Positions 30,667 to 42,559 of a DNA stretch of 64,000 nucleotides are shown here, in pieces; the first letter of the stretch is position 1; each line of letters opens with the position of its first letter. Source of the DNA: Tubulanus polymorphus (Eukaryota; Animalia; Nemertea); the NCBI RefSeq assembly GCF_964204645.1, contig NC_134026.1:2689950-2753949 (forward strand). The letters run 5' to 3'. Both the position numbers and the translations under genes were made by a program. Below the pieces are notes generated by a model. It saw nothing but the letters and a program-made list of their open reading frames with translations, had not been told where the DNA came from and made no database searches.

Positions 30667-31439
30667 TATGTATGTACTGTTCATTTCATTCCGTATTGAT
30701 AAGTTAGCTGTGGTATACCGTACAAGTTGTATTCGCCTGCTTGTGGTTCCTTTTACGGTATATAGAAAATTTGATTGTGATAAAATTGCCGTAGAACAGC
30801 TTCTTCCTTGCCATGGGAAAAACAATTTGACATTTTGTGTACATATTATTTATCAGTATACGAGATTTGAATATTCTTTTATCATTCTGTCAGTGGGGCG
30901 GGGCAAGTAGAGCACTGAAATTACATTTTGAAAAAGCTTTAGGCTTATTATCTAGTCAGTCCATGGACGTATACGTCCATGGTCAGTCTAAATGTGGAAT
31001 AAAAGGTATACTAGTTATAACACATAATTCTTTATGTAAATACATGTAACTGGATTATCATTCGTTTGTTGTAGTAAAGTTTTCGTGTTTTTAAAAGATG
31101 CTCCTCCTGGTGCAAAAAAAAACATGAATGAAAGCATCTCTCTGTAATTGTTGAATGTTATGTTACGTTGTTGATGAAATTTTAATACATATTTTATCCA
31201 AAATGAAGGGAAGCTTTTTGTTGTTGATTATTAGCCGGATTCTTGTGTCCTTAGTTCAGCCGTGAATTCCGTTCCCCGGGTACCTGCTTCAATTCTCCAC
31301 CAAATATTAAATAAACAACGCAATAATATTCTTTACTTAAATAGACTACAAAAATTTATTTTCCAACATTCTTATAATAAATGGTAATGGTGTATACCGC
31401 CGTACTACTATTGTAATGTATAAGAGCTATAATAGATTT

Positions 31440-34400
31440 CTACTTCTTTGATGCTAATGCAGTTGCTAGACTGTCCAATTCTCGCTTATTTCCACTTTCA
31501 GCCAACCAAATCTATAGTAAATAAGATGTAAGATAAGTAAATATGAGTTGTAGTTACATTCAGTAACACAATTCTTGATTGTTTTATAAACTACAGTGAT
31601 CAATATCATACCTGAAATCTAGTTTCTACCAATGACTGAAATTGTTTACGATGTTCTTTACTGAGATTTGTTTCTTTAATTGATTTCTGCCATTGTTCCA
31701 ACTTCTTTTCCCTTTGTTTTATGGCTTTTTGATACTTGTTCGGCACGGGTGGTGGTGACTGCAATCATAAAATTTTTTATTACTGGTAGGAATGTTTTAT
31801 TGCCTGTGAATTCAAGCTGAATGAACCCGATCGAAAAATACCTTCAATTCACCTTCCATGACGAAAGGTATAGCGAAAGAATGAAAATCATTTGCAGGCA
31901 TTATTTCCCAGACTGGTGGAGAATTTTCATGATGATCAGGACCTGTTAGAAACATTTTAAAAACATCAATGTCAAATAAGCAATGTTCCATAAGGAAAGA
32001 CAAAAGAAGCCCCTGATCTTATTCAATTTGGTAGAGAAACTAAAAAGTTGCATTTAAATGGACAGGTATTCTACGAGCACGGCAGATTCAAATTTATCTA
32101 CCCACTACATACCGACACAAAATGGCACATCCCAGTAGTTAGGCGTATAGCTCAGACCAACAGAGTTCATTTGAGTTTCAAGTTGAGGATAAGATGTGTT
32201 GTATGGAGCGAGTATAATTGTATCATTTCCACCAAATACCAGAGGACGGTTTGGTGTCAATAGATGGAATGTACAAATCTGACTGTGACTGAAAAGAGAG
32301 ATTTCATCAGAACATCAAATAAGGTCTCAATATCTAAGTTGATGCGTAATTTACCCAAATCCTAAAATATTCAACATTGATAATGAATAAACGTAAGAGA
32401 CTTCGAATTCAAGAAATCACAAACCTGGTGGTTATTCTTCTACATGCTGCAATCACTGTAACTTGTTCACAATGGCTTACATGGACGGCACACTCGACAG
32501 CACCCAAAACAACTGTTGTATTTCGACACTTTTCAATCGATACAGTTCTATTAAGTAGAAATTGACTACATGTATTATTATGTACAAATATAAAAGATTT
32601 CTAATTTTTATGATGAGATGAAACATTACCTCATAGATGAAAGTAGATAAATGAATGATTGATGACAGCGATGTATTTTGACTGTGGCTCCTTCAAGAGT
32701 ACTCGATGTCTGTAATGGTTTGGAAGTTCAATCGAATTGAACGTAATAGGAAGTTCGAGACAAACACCATGAAATAACATACAATATACTGCTACTTACT
32801 CGAGCTATTGTCTGCTTCGAAACTTGAGACATAATTATTAGTTTGTTCCTGTAATGAGATTATCACAAATCCTTCATTTCTAAACCTGTTTTTGTATTCG
32901 TGATTACCGATGTTAATAAACGGATGAATTACCCCTCATTTGAATCATCTCTCATCACCAGGTGAGCATTCGTAGCCACTCTTCCTTTTCTGTGGGTGCT
33001 TTCTTTCTCATCTATAATAAAACCGGTTAAATATTCATTGAATGACAGAATTTTTAACAAATCCATACAGCCAAATTCAGGCAAATTTGATTCACAATTT
33101 CTGTCCTAGATAAGAGAAATCTGTGTCTCGTTCCACAAATGACAAAGGGAAAGTTTCAAGCCTGTTGCAAACGAAAATCAGAAATAGGCAGCATTTACTG
33201 TATTTGATATCTAAATTAAACATGGAAAAAAAATAATACCCACCAACTCCAAGAGGCCATGATAAACGCTTCCCTTGAGAAATACAAGATGCGATTCCAA
33301 AAGGATTTTGGATGACGTTCGTTTTGATCCATGTAATGAATGTTCGCATGTTAAATGATTGTGAAATCTTTGAAAATCCACTTTTTTGTTGAACTTGTTG
33401 AAGAAGCGCAACGTCGCATAGAGAACGGATTGTCCTAGAAAAAACAGCCAAATATTGAGTGAACGATGTAGGATATATTTAAATCATGATTCTTACGAAA
33501 TCAAACTCGCCTTCCTTTGTCAATAGAGGCATCAAAGATTAATCCTAATGCTTGTATAGCGTCGATAGACAGATTCTGATCCATTATTCCACCTAGCGCA
33601 TAACTATCTGTAAAGATTAATTTCAATGTTTGCTGCCGGCTTATTTTCTATGTAGCTTTTTGACTTACTCTCTGTACCTACCTGGTTCAACAAGAAGTTC
33701 AAGCATTTCTGGTAAATTATGCAAGACAAAATTTGCATGGCTCTGCTCATCGTGATTCTGCAAGAATTTGATAATTTAGATTCATGAAGTTATCAGCATT
33801 AGATCAAAACTGTGTATTGACAAAACTGTGTCATTGTACTACCGGTACATACCCTGGCTGATGTTGGAGTAAGTCGACCATCATGACTACCTACATCAGA
33901 GGCTGGAGATCTTGGCCGAGAGGCGGAAGGCCACCTATTATACTGTTAAGGTTCCAATGAAGATATTATTTACAATCCACTTGTACCAAATATTATACAG
34001 AGGAGAAGTGTTATATGTGAGTGAAAAAATCTATTTCTTAGAGTAGAAATTTACACAGGGTACGTACATTACTCCTAGTATGGTAAATAAACCGGATTAA
34101 ACAGGTTTTGTTACCCATATATAAAAGGATTCTCATCACCAGAAATCAGCGATGATCGTAGTGAGATTTTATTCAACTGTTGGATGTAGAGAATTAGCAC
34201 GAAATGAAATAATCCGATGAACGCTTGATTCTTCAGTTGATCTGAAATAAGGTGGATAAAAGCGGGCGGATTTTAGGAAACGTTTATTATATCAGTTATC
34301 ACGAACATGTCTGAACTAATTCACCTTTTTCAGCTTGAGTTGAACAAGAGCTGAATTTGTTATTCCAAAATAGTCTATTCTCAGCTGCCTCGCTGCTATT

Positions 34401-36023
34401 TTCAGCGACCATATCGCAAGTAACAAAGAACCTGCAAGAATTACAATTATTCATATCAGCATCAAGCTGACGAGTCTCCGTAACCAATGTTACAGACGAG
34501 TAACCAATCTACTCGACTCCACAGACAACTAAACGACCCGAGTAACCCCCAATTTGACTATAACTATGAATTACGTTATGTTAAACCGCATTGGTGTGAC
34601 TTGACACATCAAATGCGTATCCCGTATTGATATATTTCTATTATCCACTTTTCAAATTGTGAATAGCACGCCTGCTCAGAAAACCCGTTATCGCTGCTTT
34701 GCAGCTATATTTCATATCAGCAATTTGTAGGCATCAAAGACATTGATCGTAGAAATGATGTTTATGAACTTACATCCAAGCTAATTCTTCAGATAACTGC
34801 AGTTTATTACAGGCAATATGACGCCACACCGTATAACTGAAATAAAATATGCGATAGGAAAGGTGATAGATATGAATGAAAAGAGATTGTGGAAGCATTA
34901 AAGATGGATGAAGGTTGGCTGAGCCTATGTTGTACCTGAGTCTTGGAAAGCCATATTTGCCTTTGCCACGCGCGTATCCAACCAACTTTTTGATATTCTG
35001 TAAGAAATATGAAATATAAAGAACATAACCATAATTCAGAAATGCAGTCCAGAATTAAAGCAGAAACATGGAAGACAATACAACTGGATAACTGGTCTAG
35101 ATTCCTCGCTCAGTTAGGCATGACGTGAATTGACGTTTGCTCCGCCGGCCCTTGGGGTAAAAGGCCGAATTTTTGGTCAATTAAATAGTGGTAATTAGAC
35201 AGTATGTTGTCAGTTTAATATCGTCAGGGTTTTAGCAGTTATTTAGCGACAATTTCTGACGCAGGTTTAACGATGATTCTCTTGAGATGGGGAAATTATT
35301 AGACTTGAAAACCTAATTGAATAAATTGAATCAGTCTCCAAAGGAAAAATAGCTACTTGTACTAAGTTTATGCATATTCTAACTCTTAATTCGAAGAAGC
35401 TTATAAATCCTGAGTGAGCCTCAAAATATTGTTTGTACCTTTTGGCTTTACGTCGCTTGGATCTTGGTTTTCCGAGACTAACCCTATTGAATTATTCACG
35501 ACGACGACGACGGGACAGCAATAATATGAAATAATGTGAAGGAGCGGTGTGGCCGAGTGCCGTTAGAGCGTTCGGCTCTAGGAAGCCAGGTCGTGGGTTT
35601 TGAACCCCGTACATTGCCATAGTGTCCTCCGGCAAGACACTTATCCTCATTGCCTCTCTCCACCAGGAGTAAATGCAAATGGCCTTAAATGGGTACCTGC
35701 TTGCTGGTCTGATAGATGACTCCTGAGCGCCTAGCAGCTGCTCGGATGTTACCTCTCCCCAGGGAGAGATGAGTGATACATGGAATAGAGTTATAGGCTG
35801 GGGGTAATAATACCAAGTTTGGAGCGCATTTGAACAGACTCTAGTTATGATACCTGCGCTATATAAATGTCAATTATTATTATCATAAATAATGAAAAGT
35901 TTATTCGTCGTTTCTTTTTTTCATACTCACATGAACTGAAAGTCGAGGGTGTGGTAAAATAGGTAGTACACCATTAATGAATGGTTCATTCCTAACCCAA
36001 ATACTAACTGCTACAGCATCCAT
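31440..36023 (-). CDS. TBCCD1: TBCC domain-containing protein 1 (multi-exon; first coding exon 36023-35931)
   Basis: Hand-spliced peptides MDAVAVSIWVRNEPFINGVLP, YTVWRHIACNKLQL, LYIQQLNKISLRSSLI, SGFSKISQSF, QNPFGIASC, RTVSIEKCRNTTVVLGAV (C-CAP/cofactor C fold), FAIPFVMEG and HRKQFQSLVETRF follow vertebrate TBCCD1 in order, as I recall it. Confidence 0.9.
35541..35883 (+). mobile_element. tRNA-derived SINE with CORE-like central domain, in a TBCCD1 intron
   Basis: A-box-like TGGCCGAGTG and B-box-like GGTTTTGAACCC; central GTGTCCTCCGGCAAGACACTT...CTCTCTCCACCAGGAGTAAATG...AATGGGTACC; 3' tail GCGCTATATAAAT...(TAT)n. Confidence 0.75.
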
Positions 36024-36119
36024 ACTTCAATAAAAAGCCTTTGACTTTTCGAATGTTGGTTTACAACAGCAGAACTATTTGATAAAATTGTTGAATGCAG
36101 CTGTATATAAATGGTTCAA

Positions 36120-36241
36120 AAAGTGGCTATTCGTACGGTAGACTGGTTACCGGTCACCATTTGAATCGGACAGACAACCAGTCTATTCGTACGGGTCCGT
36201 ACGAACTTGGAGGATAACTCCAAGGTACGAATAGGCACTTT
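36120..36241. repeat. Nested inverted-repeat element able to form a four-way junction (MITE-like)
   Basis: Four stems with almost no linkers: 36120-36136/36225-36241, 36139-36148/36176-36185, 36186-36194/36197-36205, 36206-36212/36218-36224. Confidence 0.75.
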
Positions 36242-36651
36242 GTAAATTATTCACCAATGCGTCGACTGGTTCCCATTCATAATCTGAAAAATTTTTTTCT
36301 TTTATTTTGATACTGGAGTAAACGGTAAATCGTAACTTAATGTATTAGTAACTCGTAAAACGTAAGTCGTAATACGTAACTCGTATGGCCCTCGAGGAAT
36401 TCCATAGGTTCGAGTCCTGAATTAAACAATTTGATCTAGCGCTTTTGTATTGCCGAAGTACGAATTGAATCGAAATATACCGTGTTCCTTCATCAAATAG
36501 ATACTAAAATGTATATACTCAATACATTGATTTTATTTCGCAAAAAACATGATCAATGAATAATTATAGAATAGATTAGGATAAGTAAAACTCATAAATG
36601 CGTTCAGTGAACAATATTTATATGCTTTGTATAACTTTGTGTAATGTATAA

Positions 36652-39600
36652 CTAGGTAGCTGCATCTGAACCAATTGCTGGTTCAACTGCATCTGAGCAG
36701 TTTGCTGGCTCAACCGCATCTGAGCAGTCTGCTGGTTCAACTGGATCTGAACAGTCCGCTGGCTCAACCGCATCTGAGCAGTCTGCTGGCTCAACTGCAT
36801 CTGAGCAGTCTGCTGGTTCGACTGGATCTGCACCAACTGTTGTTGACAATTGCTCATTATTGGTTTCTACATGATTTTCACTTTCTTTAACTCCCCTTTC
36901 TAGATTTCCATCATGAGACACCTCTGTAGTACTTTCACTTTCTTTTACTTCCATTTGATTAGTCTCAGCAGAGGTCAACTTGTCGTAGTCAGTTACCCGT
37001 TCAAAAACAATGATCATCTCGCAGTGAGCAGTGTCCGGAAACAAATCAACAGGAACCGCTTTCACAGGAATAAACGGTGCTCCTTTAACCCGCTTTGAAA
37101 TCGGACGAGATAGGCTGAAATATATGTTTAGAAATGTTTACACGTCATTGATATAGAAATTTGAATTAAAAATATTCCTAGAGCAATCAAATTTACTTAC
37201 TCCTCGAAATTCATCATCGCAGAATTAGGACTGCACGATACATACACTAGTTTATTAATCTGAACACACTTTCGAATGGTTTGAATAACTTTCGGATCTG
37301 AAATAACGCAAAATATCATTTATAAGACCTCGACTATAAAGGAATGGAATAATAGGAGAATTTTACTCACGTAGTCCAGCTCTGGGTGGATCTACTATAG
37401 CTACAATATCGTTAGATCTGAGATTGCGAGTTACATCGAATATACAATCTTCTGCCTTACGACACCAATATTCTACATTTGATACACCTGTTAATAGAAG
37501 AGAGATGATACTAAAAATACGTAAAGAGATGTATTTTTGATGATACTAAAACAAGTGGTTTTTATCAAATAGGAAGGACTCCCATTTAAGAAGTCAATAC
37601 TCACCGTTTTTCTTCGCATTTTCAACTGCGTCTTCAACAGCTTGCTTACACATTTCTATTCCAAACACATTTTTAACATTCTAAAATTACATACATTGTA
37701 CATGTAGTATACCTAAAGTGGAAGATCAAATGTCATTACGGAGAGAATTTTGAAATTTAGCAACGAAGCCGAGAATATTACCTTTGCCATCGAAAGTCCG
37801 ATTGTTCCAGTGCCACAACAAATATCTAACAAAGTCGTTTCAGGTGTAATATCACTCCATTCGCCAACAGTTTTATACAGAACCTCAGCAGCAGGTGTAT
37901 TTACTGAAATGGCAATATAGAGTTTGCATGAGCAATCTTTAATCAATATACCGGTAATCAACTAATGAATTTAACTGTAGAAGGTACCATAACTGACCTT
38001 GGAAGAAAGCGTTCGGTGATATTTGGAAAGTCATGTCCAATAATTTTTCGAACATGTGCTGCAATTCAAATTAAACATATTACACCAATGTACTAAATTA
38101 CACTTTCTCAACAATGGCGTTAAATGAAGATAAATTTTCATTTACCTCTTTTCCAATGATTAGTTCTAATGGAGTGATCATATTTGAACCAGACATCCTG
38201 AAATAAACATGAAAAATTGAAAGCTTTTGATTTGTGATATACTGAATAAATATACAATTGTGGAACTACATGCAATGTAATTCTATTTACCTATCCCCAT
38301 TAGCCTGAAAGTAAAGCGTAGTCATATCTGTATCTTTCCCGGGTCCTTTAGTGAAATAGTGTTTAATGTGATTTTTCACATCATTTATTTGCGACACTGG
38401 TAATGTTTGGGGATGGAATTCAACGATGACCATAATATCTCCCAGCTGACTTGTTCTAACCGTCAACATTCTCCAGTGACCGCTACAGTCCTCCGGGTCG
38501 AATGCTGGCCACGGTGTTGTAGTTAAATATTCCCTGAATGCCTGAAAGGGACATAGAGTGAAAATAATTTCACATTACATTATATCCCTAAATACTCTTT
38601 AGATTATCTTATGAGTGCAATTGATACCTGAGCTGTTTTTATAGCTTTTTCTGGTACATTTCTACAAGGTGATGGATCTCCTACACGACTTGACCCACCC
38701 CTGTAACTGCCGTAACGAAAACCAACTGTGTCTGAAAATAAATGGATTTTACGCAGCATGAAATGATTAGAAACAAATACTAAGAAAATCAGACAGAATG
38801 TAGATTTACCATTTCCTGCGAGGTCTTTGCCAATTGTGAACTCGTTTTTATTTCGATAACCAACAAGAATAGGCTGAAAAAGTACAAAAAGTTTCCCAAA
38901 ATTCAACTAAAATCACTTTTAACCGCTGCCGAAAATAGGGAGCTTTACTCACAGACGGTTTAATAGGATCCATAGGACAGCACAGACCATCATAACGTGT
39001 CCTACATAATAATGAAATAGATCTTCAGTCTAACAGCAGGTCACTTAACTCCTAAGGTTCTTAATGATTATGAATAACACAAAATATATTGAATCTTTAG
39101 TTTTTGCTCTGACCTTTGTTGGTTTAACCAGGGAACTAACTGACGGTTATTCCTGTTAATCAGTCGACCAAACTTCTTCAAAACCTCTTTCATTTCTGCT
39201 TCCTTTTTCTAAATGATCAAAACTTATTGAGAACTGGCATTAGAATAAGAATTAAAGATTTGTCTAATAAATAGCCAACCTGCAATTGCTCCTCATACGG
39301 CATATCTGACAATGGTGTAACACTAAGCTTCAGCCTACAGAAAATACAGCATCAATTCTAAAATTCTTTACAAATCACAACAAAGTAAGGATTAATAAAT
39401 AGAGATCAATTATTACTTTTCCTCTGGGGACAAATCATCATTTTTTTGTCGTTTTGCATCTAATTCTCCGTCACCTGTAACAGAAAATCACAAACCGATA
39501 TATCCTACATAACTTATCTTCTTTGTATTCTAATTTTGTTGTGAACATACCTGTTCTTTCGAGCTTTCTTTTCAGCAATAAGGGGTCAGCCTTAGGATTA

Positions 39601-40088
39601 GCTTTCTTCACGCTCAGTTTCTGGCCTTTCCACTGATATTCGCCGAGAACATTGAGAGCCTTCGTTCGATGTTCTTCGCACGAAAATGTGACGAACGCGT
39701 AGAAATAATTTCCATTGCCTTTGATTAATTTAACCTTCTTCGGGTTCAGCTCCAGAGCCGTCAGCTTTTTTTTCAATTGACCAAAACGAACGTACTTCGG
39801 TAGATTATGAATTTCTATTTTGTATATTTCGGAAGTGAAGCCCTCTCGTTCTAAGTAGGAATACTCTGAATGATTCTCTTCTTTAACCGAACTCGCAATT
39901 TCTCCATCACCTGTCGCTGCTTCTGTCTTGTCGCTTTCTTCTGCATCAACATCATCAACATTTTCGCTGTTAGATTCAGTTTTTATATCTAAACTTTTAA
40001 CTTCTGATTGCTCTACTTCATCAGTTGAACGTTCAACGCTATCTTCAGTTTTAACTGTTGGCACCGTTTTTGAATTTTCTGTTTCCAT
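36652..40088 (-). CDS. TRMT2A: tRNA (uracil-5-)-methyltransferase homolog A (multi-exon)
   Basis: RRM (FTSEIYKIEIHNLP...AFVTF), GYRNKNEFTIG, LTVRTS, DICCGTGTIG (SAM-binding), VDPPRAGL, VYVSC and PVDLFPDTAHCE. Confidence 0.95.
36657..36836 (-). repeat. 27-bp coding minisatellite (~6 units) encoding VEPADCSDA in the TRMT2A C-terminus
   Basis: Repeating unit caac(t/c)gcatctgagcagtctgctgg(c/t)t on the + strand. Confidence 0.9.
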
Positions 40089-40953
40089 CACTCCCGCACA
40101 ACGTCTACAAATTAATTTATAACCGTTGATTCTATTCGACCCAAATTTTTTGTTTCAAACCACTATACCAGAAAGTGAAATATCTCAAAAGTTTTTTGTT
40201 ACGTGTTAACTGCTTTGTCTAGAAGGGCTTTGTTTCATGGAATGTGGCGTTTTGAAGTTCAATGGGCTATAGCCGAAGGGTAGGTAGTCTGAATACCAGT
40301 CGTCGTTACCTGTTCCCTACAACTTTGTAGAACGTTTGTAGAACGACGGCTAGATACTAGACTAAAGGGTCGTAGCCTGGTTAAGTAAGTAAGGTATGAA
40401 TGTCGAATGATGCTGACATGACAGCATATATTGTTGTTGTTGTTGCATTCACCACCCAAAATCAAATTGAGCAATTCAGGTGCACGTATATATCAATATC
40501 ATTAAAAATCTAGATTAGGTCCTTTTTGTATAATTAGGTCTTAATATTAATAATGAAAAAGAATCATAATTTTGCTAAATTAACAGAAAAATTACCTACA
40601 AAAGTAAAAATTGATTTCTTGCACGTTCAAAAGCCAACGACCTTAGGTAAAGTGTGACTCTTCAACCGATCATCCCTAATCTTTGGTTTTTTAGCTCAAA
40701 TTCATAACTATATTTTTCTGTAACAAAGAAGAGAAATATTAGATATGGTCCAATATTACATTATTAAACCTTAGCAATGCCTAACAAGTTAATTTAAGGA
40801 TTCTATGGGCTTTTGGACAATTAATCCTAAACCGCCATTTAGCTATTTGCAATTAGCCGCTATCCTAAAAATTCGCTTCCGGTTTTCTAGCGGGAATCTG
40901 ATTTCTGGATAATTTCCCCTATTTTAATCGACTAACATCCACTAACCAGTGAA
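40089..40953. promoter_or_regulatory. Bidirectional promoter and 5' UTR region of TRMT2A and RANBP1
   Basis: Divergent ATGs ~870 bp apart; YY1-like CCGCCATTT at 40832, ETS-like CTTCCGG at 40876, E2F-like GCGGGAA at 40890; probable TRMT2A 5' UTR exon donor near 40310. Confidence 0.65.
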
Positions 40954-42559
40954 ATGGCAGATGAAAAGGTGATAAGAACGTTTTAGATGTTAATATGTCA
41001 ACCTGAAATACATTTAACGAGCTCAGATAGTTACAGTTTTGGCCTTATAATTCGTCTTTGATTTCAGTGATCGACATGAATAAAATTAATCATTCTTCTA
41101 AAAAGAAGTCAATTTTTGAACGAATTGCTGTCCTGAACTGATTGATAATCAATATTTGAATCGGTCTGCATCGAACTGATTAAATAATCAGTCGTGTTTA
41201 TATATTTTTAGCACGATGACACCGCGGCTGTCGACAGTCCAGAAATCCATTTCGACCCAATTGTATCTCTTCCCGTCGTCCCCGTGAAATCGATGGAAGA
41301 AGAGGAGGAAGAACTTATTAAATTGTAAGCTATATTTATTAAACAATTCAACTGTTCAAGACATAGCCTTTGATTAACTTAGGCATCTTGGGAATTTCTT
41401 TGTAGACGAGCTAAATTGTTTCGATTTCACACTGCCGATAAAGAAACTCCGGGTGAATGGAAAGAACGAGGCGTCGGAGATGTGAAGATTCTCAGACACC
41501 GTGAAACGAAATGCTCACGAATTGTAATGAGACGCGACAAAACATTAAAGATATGTGCAAATCATTTAAGTATGTACCTACTTAACTAGAATATTATTTC
41601 AATCTTCATGTTTTTGTTTCATTTGTATGTGGCTTTTAATGTATGTTAGAACACTTCAACCGTTTTGGTAAGAACTGACTTAGAAAGTCTTGAGGGTGGT
41701 CCTTGATGATATTATTTGTTAGGTTTAAACAACTTAGAAGCTAATGATTAGGGAACTGGTTGGAGCAGAATCGTTGATATTTGAAGAGTTTAAAGGAAGA
41801 GCCCATGTGCCGGAAAGCTGAGTACAGAAGCGTTGGAGGTCCTCGCGCGATTGTGACCAGATACTATCAGACATTCTCCAGGCTTTTCGGAAACAGATTG
41901 CAGATCTCAGCTGTTTGAAGGCTGTGTTCTACGTTCATGAGTTTCATAAGGTTTTATCGGAACAATAAGTCTTGTCGTATTTTTGCTTTAGTCACTCCGG
42001 AAATGAAAATGGTCCCCAGTGCTGGTAGTGATCGGGCTTGGGTATGGAGTACATTAGCAGATTTTGCTGATGAAGAAGCAAAAATCGAAAATTTGGCTAT
42101 CAGATTTAAAAATGCTGAAAGTAAGTGGTCGTATAAATTGTGAATTTTGAAATGTTCGTTTCTCGGAAAATCGTTCGAGTTTGAAAATGTTGGTCGTCTA
42201 CTTTCGTCTTGCAGCTGCACAAAAATTCAAAGAAGTATTTATCAAAGCACAAAGCGCTCTTCCTAAGAAAGAATTAAAAGAAAACGGTAAGTAAAGTTTG
42301 GTCCGTTTTCATATGATTTTAACTTTGAAATTATAATGAATTTGTTATCGTCAATATCGTAGGTGATGGAAGCGAGAATGATAGCGAGGAGTCTGAAACA
42401 ACTACAGAATCCACTACTACTGCTACTACTACGGACACTAAAGCTGAAAATAAGGATACTGACACATTGACCGATAAACTAGGAGATATGTCGGTTAAGG
42501 ACTCAAAATCAGAGGAATGTAATAACACCGAAACCGCAGCGAATGAATCAAAGGAATAA
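40954..42559 (+). CDS. RANBP1: Ran-specific GTPase-activating protein / Ran-binding protein 1 (6 coding exons)
   Basis: [55 protein letters not shown] and LAIRFKNAE; acidic C-terminal tail with NES-like [10 protein letters not shown]. Confidence 0.96.
41647..41931 (+). ncRNA. Candidate structured RNA in RANBP1 intron 3 (unclassified; snoRNA-like features)
   Basis: Closing stem TAGAACAC-TTCAA / TTGAA..GTGTTCTA; internal stems CCGGAAAGC/GCTTTTCGG, TGGAG/CTCCA and GGTC/GACC, followed by ACA. Confidence 0.25.

Noticed and set aside
36657-36836. Regular repeats as a possible CRISPR array
   Set aside because: No unique spacers; it is an in-frame coding minisatellite in a eukaryotic gene.
41715-41755. 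TTAGG/TTAGGG words suggesting a telomerase RNA template
   Set aside because: No 1.5-repeat template on either strand and no pseudoknot evidence.
41680-41910. RNase P/MRP-like GAAAGTC word
   Set aside because: No complementary CR-V strand able to form the P4 helix.
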